Assembly (NCBI GenBank): GCA_028717445.1
Contig: JAQUNU010000001.1
Location: 1-33,424 of the forward strand
Source of the DNA: Candidatus Portnoybacteria bacterium
GTDB lineage: Bacteria; Patescibacteriota; Minisyncoccia; Portnoybacterales; GWB1-42-6
Direction: 5' to 3'
DNA: 33,424 nt
Made by a program: the position numbers and the translations under genes
The notes under the pieces: model-generated
Database searches by the model: none
What the model saw: only the letters and a program-made list of their open reading frames with translations
What the model was told of the DNA's origin: nothing
Shown here: positions 15,896 through 23,896 of the stretch, in pieces
Numbering within the stretch: position 1 is the first letter of the stretch
Layout: each line of letters begins with the position of its first letter

Positions 15896-17307
15896 ATTTC
15901 TCTCCTAAACAAGGCTTTTATTTCGGAAAATGAAATTCCGCGGAAAACAAAAATAGACAAAAGATATAAAATAAAGCCAGCCAAAGCCGGCAGGATCAGG
16001 CCGAATCCGGAAAGCGACCAAAGAATCAAAGCCATCACAGCTGAAGCGGCCAAAGATTTTAAAAAAATATTTAGTTGGGGGAAATATCGGGCTGTTTTAA
16101 AAACAAAAATAACCATAAAGACAGTCACCAACGCCTCGGTTAAAAGAGTTGAAAAAGCGGCCGCCCAATAAGAAAATCGCGGAATAAAAATAATATTAAC
16201 CGAAACATTAATGACCGCTCCGAGGCTGTAGATTTTTGCCAAAGCCTTCTGTTTTCCTAAAGCAATAATTATGTTTGAAAACAGAGCGCCAAAAAAAATA
16301 AAGCCGGTTGCCAAGATCAAAATTTTCAAAACGCCTTCAGATTGAGAAAAACCCTGACCGGCAATAAGCGAAATAATGCCGTCTGAAAGAAAAAATGTGC
16401 CCACTACAAGCGGAACGACAAAAATCATCAGAATATCGAAAGCTCTTTGGGAGACAAGCTTAAATTTTATCTCTTGAGTCCAGGCGTATTTGGAAAGAAG
16501 CGGCATAACCAGACCGACAAACATCGACGGGAAAAAAATCAAGCTTTCAAGGACCTTATAGGCGACGCTGTAAATACCGACATCGCCCGCTTCCTTCATC
16601 AAGGAAAGCATGACCGTGTCTAATTTAAAATAAATCATTACCAAAATAGCGGAAATAGCCAGCGGAAAACTTTCAGCCAAGGTTTTTTTCCAAGCGCGAT
16701 GATCCCAAATAAGCTTAAAATCGACCTGGCGACGGGCAAACAACCAGACCAGAATAAAATTGACGAAACTGCTGACGCTGAATGCGATAACAATGCTCAA
16801 GAAGCCAGCCTTCTGCCAAATAAAAAAGGCCAGGAGCAAAAGCTGGGCCACGCGGCCGCCTAATTCCGCCAAAGCCACCCGGTCCATTTTTAAATGTTTC
16901 TGAAAAATAGCCATCAAAACCTGGGCGTTTGAAAGAAACCAATAGCCAGCCGAAGCCAAAGCAATCCCGGCTTTCGTTTCAGATGAATAGGGGAATAGAA
17001 GAGCAATCAGAGGCGCCGCGGCAAAAATAAAAAAGCCCGCCCAGAATCTAAGCGAGAAGGCCTGACTGATGATTTCTTTTTCCTCCGCTCCGTCCCTAGA
17101 AACATCCCTGACCGCGATCGAATAAAGACCTAAGTCTGCCAAAACAGAAAAAATATAAAGAAAGGCCAAAACTGTGCTGTAATTACCAAACCCGCCCTGA
17201 CCCAAATATCTGGTAATAAGACCCACGGCCACGAGCGCCAGAGCCGTTGAAAGCACCCGGGAAGCGGCCGAAAGAAGAGTGTTGTAGGCGATCTTTTTTG
17301 CCAACAT
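15892..17307 (-). CDS. Oligosaccharide/polysaccharide flippase (MOP superfamily, Wzx/MurJ-like)
   Basis: 471 aa with about 12-14 TM helices and a typical Polysacc_synt N-terminus (KIAYNTLLSAASRVLSTALALV). Its stop overlaps the next start (ATGA). Confidence 0.7.
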   Translation of the reverse strand: MLAKKIAYNTLLSAASRVLSTALALVAVGLITRYLGQGGFGNYSTVLAFLYIFSVLADLGLYSIAVRDVSRDGAEEKEIISQAFSLRFWAGFFIFAAAPLIALLFPYSSETKAGIALASAGYWFLSNAQVLMAIFQKHLKMDRVALAELGGRVAQLLLLAFFIWQKAGFLSIVIAFSVSSFVNFILVWLFARRQVDFKLIWDHRAWKKTLAESFPLAISAILVMIYFKLDTVMLSLMKEAGDVGIYSVAYKVLESLIFFPSMFVGLVMPLLSKYAWTQEIKFKLVSQRAFDILMIFVVPLVVGTFFLSDGIISLIAGQGFSQSEGVLKILILATGFIFFGALFSNIIIALGKQKALAKIYSLGAVINVSVNIIFIPRFSYWAAAFSTLLTEALVTVFMVIFVFKTARYFPQLNIFLKSLAASAVMALILWSLSGFGLILPALAGFILYLLSIFVFRGISFSEIKALFRREI

Positions 17308-17317
17308 CGAAATAAAA

Positions 17318-17779
17318 CTATAGAACAGGCCTTATAATAATCCTCCTGTCTGGTCCAATGCCCGAGCTTTCCGCAATGACACCTTCCTGATCTTTCAGGG
17401 CTAAATGAATAATCCGCCGCTCAAAAGCGGACATTGCTTCTAAGATTTTTTCTTTTTTCCCGTCTCTCACTTCTTGAGCCACCCGCAAGGCCATCTCTTT
17501 TAAAAATCGGAGACGGGCAGATCGATAATTATTTATGTCAATGATAAAATGAGGACATTCAGGCCCGGTTTTTTTAGCCATCATTATTTTGGCCAGATAT
17601 TGCAAAGCCTCCAAGGTCTCTCCTCCCTGGCCAATTAAAAATCCCGCCTCATCGCTTTCAATATTAACCGTCAAAAAATCGCCTTCATCTATCTGAACAG
17701 GGCCTCTCGGCTCAAAATCCATCCGGGAAAGAAGATCATGAACCAAAGTTTTTAAATTTTCTTTAAGATTGCTTTCCAT
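17318..17779 (-). CDS. jag: RNA-binding protein Jag/KhpB (KH + R3H domains)
   Basis: 153 aa with a KH-like FLIGQGGETLEALQYL and an R3H-like FERRIIHLAL. It occupies the conserved position downstream of yidC. Confidence 0.85.
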   Translation of the reverse strand: MESNLKENLKTLVHDLLSRMDFEPRGPVQIDEGDFLTVNIESDEAGFLIGQGGETLEALQYLAKIMMAKKTGPECPHFIIDINNYRSARLRFLKEMALRVAQEVRDGKKEKILEAMSAFERRIIHLALKDQEGVIAESSGIGPDRRIIIRPVL

Positions 17780-18476
17780 TTTTTTTAAGAAAAAAATATT
17801 GCTGAATAATAGTTAAAATATTGCTGAGCGTCCAATAAAGCGCCAATCCCGCTGGAAATTTTATTCCAAGAAAAACCGTCATAACCGGAAAGACATAAAG
17901 CATCTGTTTATTCATCAGGCCGGCAAAATCGTTTTTTCCGGAAGCCGGCTTGTTCGTCATCATCATTTTTGACTGAATAAATTGAGTTATGCCAGCGAGC
18001 ACTCCAAAGATTATGCTGCCCTTGGCCAAATCCACTATCCCAAGGAAAAAATGATTAATTGTCTCAGGCCGTTCAATAAACCAATAAAGACTTTTAAGTT
18101 TTTCGGGATCAAGACCGGTGCGGAAAACGGTGAACATCGCGATTAATACAAGGAACTGGATGATTAACGGCAGGCAGCCGGCGGCTGGATTAACCTTGTG
18201 CTCCTTATATAATTCCATCATGGCCCGGCCCTGCTTCTCCCGATCGTTTTTATATTTCTCCTGAATTTCTTTTATTTTCGGCTGGATGGCCTGGGTCTCT
18301 TTCTGGGATTTTATGGCCTTCTGCGAAACTGGAAAAAGTATCAGTTTTATCAAAATCGTTAAAATGATAATGGCCAGCCCAAAATCATGCCCCGGGATTT
18401 GATTGTATAAAAAAATAAGGCTGTTGAAAAGCGGCCGATAAAGAACTTCATTAAAAAGATAGCTAAGAAATTCCAT
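17763..18476 (-). CDS. yidC: Membrane protein insertase YidC (short Gram-positive/CPR type)
   Basis: 237 aa with MMELYKEHKVNPAAGCLPLIIQ and FPAGLALYWTLSN motifs. It shows synteny with yidD, rnpA and rpmH. Confidence 0.9.
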   Translation of the reverse strand: MEFLSYLFNEVLYRPLFNSLIFLYNQIPGHDFGLAIIILTILIKLILFPVSQKAIKSQKETQAIQPKIKEIQEKYKNDREKQGRAMMELYKEHKVNPAAGCLPLIIQFLVLIAMFTVFRTGLDPEKLKSLYWFIERPETINHFFLGIVDLAKGSIIFGVLAGITQFIQSKMMMTNKPASGKNDFAGLMNKQMLYVFPVMTVFLGIKFPAGLALYWTLSNILTIIQQYFFLKKNGKQS

Positions 18477-18742
18477 TAAGGGAGGGGATCTAGGCCACCA
18501 TGATTAAAAGGATGACATCTGATGATCCTTTTAAAACTAAGCCAGAACCCTTTAAAAATGCCAAATTTTTCAAATGCAAGATAACTGTAATGCGAGCATG
18601 AAGGCCAAAACCGGCAAGTTTGTCTTCGATTCCTGAAAATCCCGCTCTCTGGAGATAAAAATATCTGATAGAATTTAATCAGAATCATAAATGGTTTAGC
18701 TGGCCAAAAGACCAACCCCCTCCAAAAGGCCGAGAATTTCAT
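18476..18742 (-). CDS. yidD: Membrane protein insertion efficiency factor YidD
   Basis: [46 protein letters not shown] matches the YidD consensus. The tracked ORF extends to 18802. I prefer the internal ATG at 18742 (or 18688) because the longer form overlaps rnpA extensively. The start is uncertain. Confidence 0.8.
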   Translation of the reverse strand: MKFSAFWRGLVFWPAKPFMILIKFYQIFLSPESGIFRNRRQTCRFWPSCSHYSYLAFEKFGIFKGFWLSFKRIIRCHPFNHGGLDPLP

Positions 18743-19037
18743 TTTCAATGTCCCGCTGGTTTTTTCCAATAATATTTTTTTTGGCGATAAGAGCATAGTC
18801 ATATTCGTTCAACCGGGGCAAAAGCCGAAAAAAAATTTCACTTAAATACCGCCTGATCTTGTTGCGTTCGTGGGCTTTTTTAGCTGTTTTAGCGCTAACC
18901 AAAAAAAGGAAGCGGGTCTGGCCGGGGCCGCTTTTAAAATATCTGATATCAACTAAATTGCCCTTGATTGACCGGCCGGCTTTCAATAAATTCTTAATTT
19001 CTTTTTCCCGGCTCAAACGGTTTTTTTTAGGGAGCAT
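18696..19037 (-). CDS. rnpA: Ribonuclease P protein component RnpA
   Basis: 113 aa, basic, starting [14 protein letters not shown] with an RNR-like KIRR motif. It lies immediately downstream of rpmH. Confidence 0.85.
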   Translation of the reverse strand: MLPKKNRLSREKEIKNLLKAGRSIKGNLVDIRYFKSGPGQTRFLFLVSAKTAKKAHERNKIRRYLSEIFFRLLPRLNEYDYALIAKKNIIGKNQRDIENEILGLLEGVGLLAS

Positions 19038-19038
19038 C

Positions 19039-19173
19039 TTAGACGGTTAATCTTTTTCTTTTTTTGGCTCTTCTTTTGTTTAAAACGCGGCGACCGCCAA
19101 ATTTGCCCATTCTCGCCAAGAATCCGTGCGTTCTCTTTCTTTTTTTCTTTTTTGGTTTATAAGTTTGGCTCAT
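19039..19173 (-). CDS. rpmH: 50S ribosomal protein L34
   Basis: Not in the ORF track (under 60 aa). The hand translation of the minus strand gives [44 protein letters not shown] (44 aa), which matches the L34 consensus. The stop lies 1 nt before the rnpA start. Confidence 0.9.
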   Translation of the reverse strand: MSQTYKPKKKKRKRTHGFLARMGKFGGRRVLNKRRAKKRKRLTV

Positions 19174-19196
19174 AAAAATAAAAAATATTAGCTGCT

Positions 19197-19225
19197 TTGA
19201 CACCAAATTAAGTTTAGTATAGTAT
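19197..19225 (+). promoter_or_regulatory. Candidate dnaA promoter (TTGACA-17-TAGTAT, or 15-nt spacing to TATAGT), divergent from and overlapping the rpmH promoter
   Basis: ttgaca at 19197-19202 with tagtat at 19220-25 (or tatagt at 19218-23). The -10 match is weak. Confidence 0.3.
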
Positions 19226-19244
19226 TAAATAACCTCAAAGTCAA
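19216..19244 (-). promoter_or_regulatory. Candidate sigma70-type promoter for rpmH-rnpA (TTGACT-17-TATACT)
   Basis: The minus strand reads ttgact(19244-19239)-17 nt-tatact(19221-19216), about 40 nt upstream of the rpmH ATG. Confidence 0.45.
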
Positions 19245-19447
19245 TTTTTTGAATACAAAAAAGAGATTTGTAAAAATTCGCTCCTCCACAATATTTTCAC
19301 AACTTATCAACAAAACAAGTTATTTAACGGGCTTAAATTTACTTCCCATTAACTTTTTATTTTTGATATAATTCTATAAACGGCGAAAAGAGGCCTTGAA
19401 CAAAAGCGTGGCCTAAAATTTAAAAGCACGCACCGCAAAAAAATCAT

Positions 19448-20812
19448 ATGACCAATCAGGAACTTTGGCAGGCGGCCTTAGGAGAAATCGAACTAAATAT
19501 TTCCAAGACCAACTTCATAACCTGGTTCAAAAGCACCGAGATCGTCAAAATAAAGGATGGCGCGGTGACCGTTGGCGTGCCCAATGGCTTTGCTAAAGAA
19601 TGGCTGGAAAATAAGTATAACAAGCTGATCTTAAAGGCCTTAAGGAATATCTCGCCAGACACAAAGGAAATCGAATTCATTATCGGCGCCTTTTCTTCTC
19701 CGGATTCAGGCGACAGGCCTCTCAAGCTTAAAAAGAAAGAAACTGTTCTCGTGGGCCAGCCCTTCCAGGAGTTTGAGATCAACAAGGAAACCCACCTTAA
19801 TCCCAAATACACCTTCGATAATTTCATTGTCGGCTCATTCAATGAACTTGCGCGGGCCGCGGCCCAGGGCGTGGTCAAGAATTTGGGCGCTCTTTATAAT
19901 CCCTTCTTTATCTATGGGGGAGTGGGTCTTGGGAAAACCCACTTAATCCAGGCCATCGGCAACGAAACCGTCCGCCTTTATAAGAATGAAAAGAAGATCT
20001 GCTACATCAGTTCGGAAAAATTTACGAGCGAGCTAGTGGAATCTCTTTATAAAGGCCAGGTTGAAGAATTTAAAAACAATTATCGCCAAATCGATCTTTT
20101 AATTATCGACGACGTGCAGTTTTTAGCGGGCAAAGAAAAAACCCAGGAAGAATTCTTCCACACGTTCAACGCCCTTTATCAAAGCAACAAACAAATAGTC
20201 ATCAGCTCCGACCGGCCTCCAAAGGCCATCGCAACACTCGAAGAGCGGCTAAAATCCCGCTTTGAAGGCGGCATGATCGCCGATATCTCTTTCCCGGATT
20301 TTGAATCGCGCCTCGCGATTTTAAAAGCCAAGGTTATGGAAAAGAACTTTCAACTCTCGGAAGAAGTTCTTAATTATCTGGCTAATAACATCCAAAAAAA
20401 CATTAGAGAGCTGGAGGGGGCGCTGAACCGCTTGGTTATCTCCGAAAAGCTTAGCGGTTCAAGCGTTGACATTGACCAGGTCGCCAAGATTCTGACCGGC
20501 ATCAACTCCAGCCCCTCTAAAAAGATCAGCTTTAAGACCATCCTACAGGCTGTGGCCGAGTTCTACGACATCAACACCAGCCAGCTAATCAACCGCTGCC
20601 GGAAAAAAGAATTGGTCTACCCCAGACAGATCGCCATGTTTCTCATGCGCGAGGAATTGAAAAGCTCTTTTCCTTTCATCGGTGAAAAACTTGGCGGCCG
20701 GGATCACACCACGGTTATGTATGCCTGCGAAAAGCTGATCCGCGAAGTGGAAACAAACGAATCCCTCCAACAAGAGATTAATCTCATCAAAGAGCATATG
20801 TATAACAGATAA
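19448..20812 (+). CDS. dnaA: Chromosomal replication initiator protein DnaA
   Basis: 454 aa with Walker A GGVGLGKTHL, Walker B LLIIDDVQF and sensor/box VII motifs. The C-terminal DNA-binding domain reads GGRDHTTVMYACEKL. Confidence 0.97.
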   Translation: MTNQELWQAALGEIELNISKTNFITWFKSTEIVKIKDGAVTVGVPNGFAKEWLENKYNKLILKALRNISPDTKEIEFIIGAFSSPDSGDRPLKLKKKETVLVGQPFQEFEINKETHLNPKYTFDNFIVGSFNELARAAAQGVVKNLGALYNPFFIYGGVGLGKTHLIQAIGNETVRLYKNEKKICYISSEKFTSELVESLYKGQVEEFKNNYRQIDLLIIDDVQFLAGKEKTQEEFFHTFNALYQSNKQIVISSDRPPKAIATLEERLKSRFEGGMIADISFPDFESRLAILKAKVMEKNFQLSEEVLNYLANNIQKNIRELEGALNRLVISEKLSGSSVDIDQVAKILTGINSSPSKKISFKTILQAVAEFYDINTSQLINRCRKKELVYPRQIAMFLMREELKSSFPFIGEKLGGRDHTTVMYACEKLIREVETNESLQQEINLIKEHMYNR

Positions 20813-21052
20813 GCAAAAACGAAGGCCGAAGGATCGGGATAACCCAGTGGATAAAACATTAAAAACCACGGGAACAAAACAGGATAAAAAAAGATACAAA
20901 CAAAATCCTAATATTCTCCACCGATTTATTCACAGACCCGTTCATTAATTTTTCCGCTTCAGTAAAAGATATTTTTACTTTTCCACAGAATATAATTTCT
21001 TAATAATAATTCTTTTTTTTCTTAATAGACATATAAAGAATTATTAATCAGT
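20813..21052. other. Candidate oriC segment (dnaA-dnaN intergenic region) with three 8/9 DnaA boxes and an AT-rich tract
   Basis: TTATCCACT lies on the minus strand at 20846-20854. TTATTCACA is at 20926-20934 and TTTTCCACA at 20979-20987. An AT-rich stretch runs 20990-21050 (ataatttcttaataataattctttttttcttaatag...). Confidence 0.5.
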
Positions 21053-22156
21053 ATGAAAATCATCTGCCTTCAGGAAAATTTAAAAACCAGTTTAAATATC
21101 GCGCAGAATGTCGTCAGCCGGAATTTAACCCTGCCAATTTTGAACAACGTCCTGCTTGAAACTGAGAACGGCCGGCTGAAAGTTTCCTCTACCAATCTTG
21201 AAATAGGGATCAACACCTGGACCTCCGGAAAAATCGAAAAAACCGGCGCGATAACCTGTCCGGCCAAAACCCTAACCACTTTTATCAACAGCCTGCCTAA
21301 TAAAAAGATCGAGCTGGAAGTAAAAGGCGACAACCTGTCGATCAAATGCGAAACTTTTAAGGCCAGCATCAAGGGTTTACCCGCGGACGACTTTCCTTTA
21401 ATCCCTAAACTAAAAGAAAGGCCGATCTTTTCATTTAAAAACAACGAAATTTTTAAAAACGATCTGGCCCAAGTTATTGGCGCGGCGGCTGCTTCCGAAT
21501 CCCGGCCGGAGATATCGGGCATCTTTTTTAGTCTGGATAAAGAAGCGGTCAAAATAGTAGGCACGGACGGTTTCCGCCTGGCCGAGAAAACCATTCGGCA
21601 AAATAACGGGCCGGCCAGCCCTCTTTCCTTTATTGTTCCCCAGCGGACGATCCAGGAGTTGATTAGGATCTTAAGCGAAAAGGGAGGCCAGGAAATGAAT
21701 ATGGTTTTGGGCAGCAGCCAGATCCTGTTCGATATGGGCGACGTTCAGCTGATTTCCCGCTTAATAGACGGCCAATACCCGGATTACCAGCAGATTATCC
21801 CCAAGGGATTTGAGACCAAGGCCACGGTTTTAAAAGATGAATTTACCAATAACGTCCGGATCGCCAGCATCTTCTCAAGCAAGGTCAACGATATCCAGCT
21901 TACGCTCAAAGACAGCAAGATTGAATTTTCCGCGCAGGACGCGGATCTGGGAGAAAATAAATCCCAATTAGAAGCGCAGATCCAGGGCAAGGGCGTGCAG
22001 ATGAGTTTTAATTTCCGTTATTTGTTGGACGGTCTTTCAAATATCCCAACCAAGCAGGTTTTTGTCGGCCTGAACGCCGAAAACAGCCCGGCCATCTTAA
22101 AACCGGTGGGGGATGACAGTTTTTTGTATGTGATTATGCCGATAAAAACGGCGTAG
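21053..22156 (+). CDS. dnaN: DNA polymerase III beta sliding clamp DnaN
   Basis: 367 aa with a typical N-terminus (MKIICLQENLKTSLNIAQNVVS..LPILNNVLLE), an RLIDGQYPDY motif and a C-terminal YVIMPI. Confidence 0.95.
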   Translation: MKIICLQENLKTSLNIAQNVVSRNLTLPILNNVLLETENGRLKVSSTNLEIGINTWTSGKIEKTGAITCPAKTLTTFINSLPNKKIELEVKGDNLSIKCETFKASIKGLPADDFPLIPKLKERPIFSFKNNEIFKNDLAQVIGAAAASESRPEISGIFFSLDKEAVKIVGTDGFRLAEKTIRQNNGPASPLSFIVPQRTIQELIRILSEKGGQEMNMVLGSSQILFDMGDVQLISRLIDGQYPDYQQIIPKGFETKATVLKDEFTNNVRIASIFSSKVNDIQLTLKDSKIEFSAQDADLGENKSQLEAQIQGKGVQMSFNFRYLLDGLSNIPTKQVFVGLNAENSPAILKPVGDDSFLYVIMPIKTA

Positions 22157-22166
22157 AATTCTTTTA

Positions 22167-22301
22167 TGTTACTTTTCTGCTGTCAGAAAAGTAACATAAA
22201 GACTGCTTTGCCGGGCATAAAATTTTAAGAAAGATCGGATTCACTCCGCTCATCTCGATTTTCTGATAAAATTTTTGCCAGGCAAGATTGAAGAAAAGGC
22301 C
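22167..22301 (+). repeat. Intergenic repeat element, copy 1 (inverted partner at 27503-27637)
   Basis: About 135 nt and about 94% identical to the reverse complement of 27503-27637. It starts with a 15-bp hairpin (22165-22198) 9 nt after the dnaN stop. It contains an extended -10 (tgataaaat, 22264-22272) and the palindrome ttgccaggcaa (22275-22285). Confidence 0.9.
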
Positions 22302-22350
22302 AGATGCAGATATAGGATTTTTGAAACAAAAAAAGATAGACGTTTTTTCT

Positions 22351-22647
22351 ATGGCATGGACGGCTCTCAAAAGAATGTTGCCGGAAACGGTCCAAAAGTT
22401 GAATCTCGGGCCGGTTTTGGAATTTAATCAGTTGACAATCTGCTGGGACGGCATTTTAGCCGAAGAACTGGGCGAGCCATTCAGGAAAGTTTCAAAACCC
22501 ATCTCGCTTAAAAACAAAATTTTACTAGTGGACTGCTTAAACTCCACCTGGGCGCAAGAACTCCAATTCAAATGTGAGCCTATCAAAGAACGAGCCAACA
22601 AGCTGCTTCAAAAAGAAACAATCTGCCAGATTAGATTTATCAGCTAA
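22351..22647 (+). CDS. DUF721 / DciA-like protein (putative replicative helicase loader family)
   Basis: The tracked ORF is 22288..22647 (TTG start inside the repeat element). I prefer the ATG at 22351. ICWDGILAEELGEPFRKVSKPISLKNKILLVDCLNSTWAQELQF fits the DUF721 pattern, and the position after dnaN is typical. Confidence 0.7.
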   Translation: MAWTALKRMLPETVQKLNLGPVLEFNQLTICWDGILAEELGEPFRKVSKPISLKNKILLVDCLNSTWAQELQFKCEPIKERANKLLQKETICQIRFIS

Positions 22648-22653
22648 AAAAGA

Positions 22654-22674
22654 ACGGCCGAAAGGCTGTTTTTT
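22654..22674 (+). terminator. Rho-independent terminator after the DUF721 gene (also readable on the minus strand)
   Basis: acggcc-gaaa-ggctgt forms a stem with a GNRA loop, followed by tttttt. Confidence 0.6.
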
Positions 22675-22676
22675 CG

Positions 22677-23010
22677 AAACACTCAAAGGGATGGTCTGGT
22701 GAAGGAGATGGAAATGGCAAGAGCGAAACGGAGTTTGTTGGATCGGTTGTTCGAGAAAATGGGCGTGACGGATTCGACCGAATGGTCGAAGAAATGTGCC
22801 GCGCTATTGCGAGAATGAATCGGTGTGTGTCGGTCCTAATTGCGCGGCCAAAGATGCGCTGCTGACCGTGGGCGCCAAGCTCGCGGAAAGGCCCGATTCG
22901 GCGGGGAAGATCGCCTTCTTTTCATATTTCCAGGTCGTCAAGGAAGTGGCCGAATCATGAGCGGCCACGGGTTATTGCGGGGCCGGTTCGTAAGAGCCGG
23001 CCTTCTTTTT
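22677..23010 (+). other. GC-rich island with no convincing ORF; possible structured RNA or decayed foreign gene(s)
   Basis: It is visibly more GC-rich than its flanks. All three plus frames hold only 27-60-aa ORFs and the minus strand is closed. Local hairpins lie at 22773-22790 and 22945-22968. A strong terminator closes the region at 22981-23010. Confidence 0.3.
22981..23010 (+). terminator. Rho-independent terminator
   Basis: ggccgg(t)-loop-(g)ccggcc forms a GC stem immediately followed by ttcttttt. Confidence 0.6.
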
Positions 23011-23168
23011 GTCCTTAGACAGGGGACAATTATGGAAAAAGGGGATAAATATGTTGAGAACGAGGACGATGAAGCGGTGTATGAAAATATTTCTTCGTCC
23101 TCAAATCCGCAGGTTACTCACAGACGAAGAAATAAAGGTATTCTTCTTAAAGGGTGGATAAGAGAGGG

Positions 23169-23196
23169 TTGATGACGATAGTGAAATTGTTATAAT
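23169..23196 (+). promoter_or_regulatory. Candidate promoter TTGATG-16-TATAAT for the 23266 ORF
   Basis: ttgatg lies at 23169-23174 and tataat at 23191-23196. The downstream leader carries two hairpins (23223-23239 and 23241-23258), and the second includes the GGGAG Shine-Dalgarno. Confidence 0.5.
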
Positions 23197-23265
23197 AATA
23201 AAGGTCATAGTAAAAATCCCTCCCCGCCGAAGCGGCGGGACTCCCTTTAAAAAGGGAGAATAAAA

Positions 23266-23805
23266 ATGGATATTAAACTACAGGAAGCGTTTAAAAAAGC
23301 CCAGGCCGAAATCGAGTCGGCTGGGATCGCTGATCTGGAATTAAAAAAGATCGCTTTTGCCAAAGCGATTGATTATTTTCTAAAAAAGGAAGGAAGTTTG
23401 TTTCCGGCAAAGGAAAAGAGCGGCCTGGATTTTTGGCCTGCGCTTTCCAATTCCACCGGCTTTGAGGAAAGAAAGCTGAAAGATATTTACGCGGTTGACG
23501 GCGATCAGATCCGGCTGGTGATCGATAAAGAAAAAATTCCGGGCGAGCGCAAAAGCGAGAAACAGCGAAGCCTGGCCGCACTGGTTTTACTGGCTTATCA
23601 CAACGGCCTGGGTCAGGAATGGGTGGCCTCAAGCGTTCTGGCCGAAGCGGCCAAGCATTCCAAGCTCTATGACACGAGTAAGTATTCCAAAAATTTAAAA
23701 CACGAATGGTTTCGAGCGCAGGGGGTGCGCAAGGGTTTGGCCTGGCGGCTTTCGGCTTCGGGCCTCTCTCAGGTCAGATTTATTTTGCTGGCCATTGCCA
23801 AGTGA
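23266..23805 (+). CDS. Hypothetical protein (179 aa), no family recognised
   Basis: A clean ORF with an AGGGAG SD 7 nt upstream, its own promoter and a downstream terminator. It is predicted to be mostly helical. Confidence 0.6.
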   Translation: MDIKLQEAFKKAQAEIESAGIADLELKKIAFAKAIDYFLKKEGSLFPAKEKSGLDFWPALSNSTGFEERKLKDIYAVDGDQIRLVIDKEKIPGERKSEKQRSLAALVLLAYHNGLGQEWVASSVLAEAAKHSKLYDTSKYSKNLKHEWFRAQGVRKGLAWRLSASGLSQVRFILLAIAK

Positions 23806-23833
23806 AGCATGGTTAAAATTTTAAAAATCAAAA

Positions 23834-23863
23834 AACCGCCCTATAGCGAGGGTGGTTTTGTTT
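23834..23863. terminator. Bidirectional terminator between convergent genes
   Basis: aaccgccc-tatagcga-gggtggtt forms a hairpin flanked by an A-run upstream and a T-run downstream. It sits between the 23266 ORF (+) and the PBP gene (-). Confidence 0.6.
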
Positions 23864-23896
23864 GGTCAGACGAATTTAATTTATTACCCCATCGCG

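Noticed and set aside
22164-22370. Two tracked ORFs (22164..22370 minus and 27551..27793 plus) share the peptide MSGVNPIFLKIL(C/Y)PAKQSLC(Y/C)FS, which could be a duplicated small gene.
   Set aside because: The shared part is exactly the ~135-bp inverted repeat. The few substitutions are all non-synonymous, and the ORFs run antisense to local transcription and continue into unrelated sequence. I treat it as a non-coding repeat element.
22764-22778. cgtgacggattcgac matches, at 14 of 15 positions, the 5' region of bacterial tmRNA as I recall it (B. subtilis ...ACGUUACGGAUUCGAC...). It lies inside a GC-rich ORF-free island, which suggests ssrA.
   Set aside because: The GGAUUCGAC bases are locked in a local 7-bp hairpin (22773-22790). 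I found no acceptor-stem partner for the upstream bases and no GGUUCGA-type T-arm followed by an acceptor 3' strand or CCA. No tag-like reading frame ends in ...AA-stop. The only T-arm-like hairpin (22981-23002) has an 8-10-nt loop and is followed by a U-tract, like a terminator. cmscan with the tmRNA models would settle it.
22880-23002. Look-alikes of RNase P RNA and SRP RNA motifs: gcggaaaggcccg versus GAGGAAAGUCCGGGC; ggttcgtaagagccgg versus GCGGUAAGAGCGC; caggtcgtcaaggaagtgg versus CAGGUCCGGAAGGAAGCAG.
   Set aside because: The universally conserved bases do not match: GUCC of P4 is missing, as is the GGAA tetraloop closure. No ACAGAACCCGGCUUA-type CR-V partner or long-range P1/P4 pairing could be found. 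These are probably chance matches in GC-rich sequence.
22840-23172. Tracked 110-aa plus-strand ORF (MRGQRCAADRGRQARGKARFGG...).
   Set aside because: It has a TTG start and an Arg/Gly-rich composition typical of an out-of-frame read through GC-rich DNA. It also runs straight through a strong terminator hairpin (22981-23010). At most its last 46 codons (23032-23172) could be a small gene.
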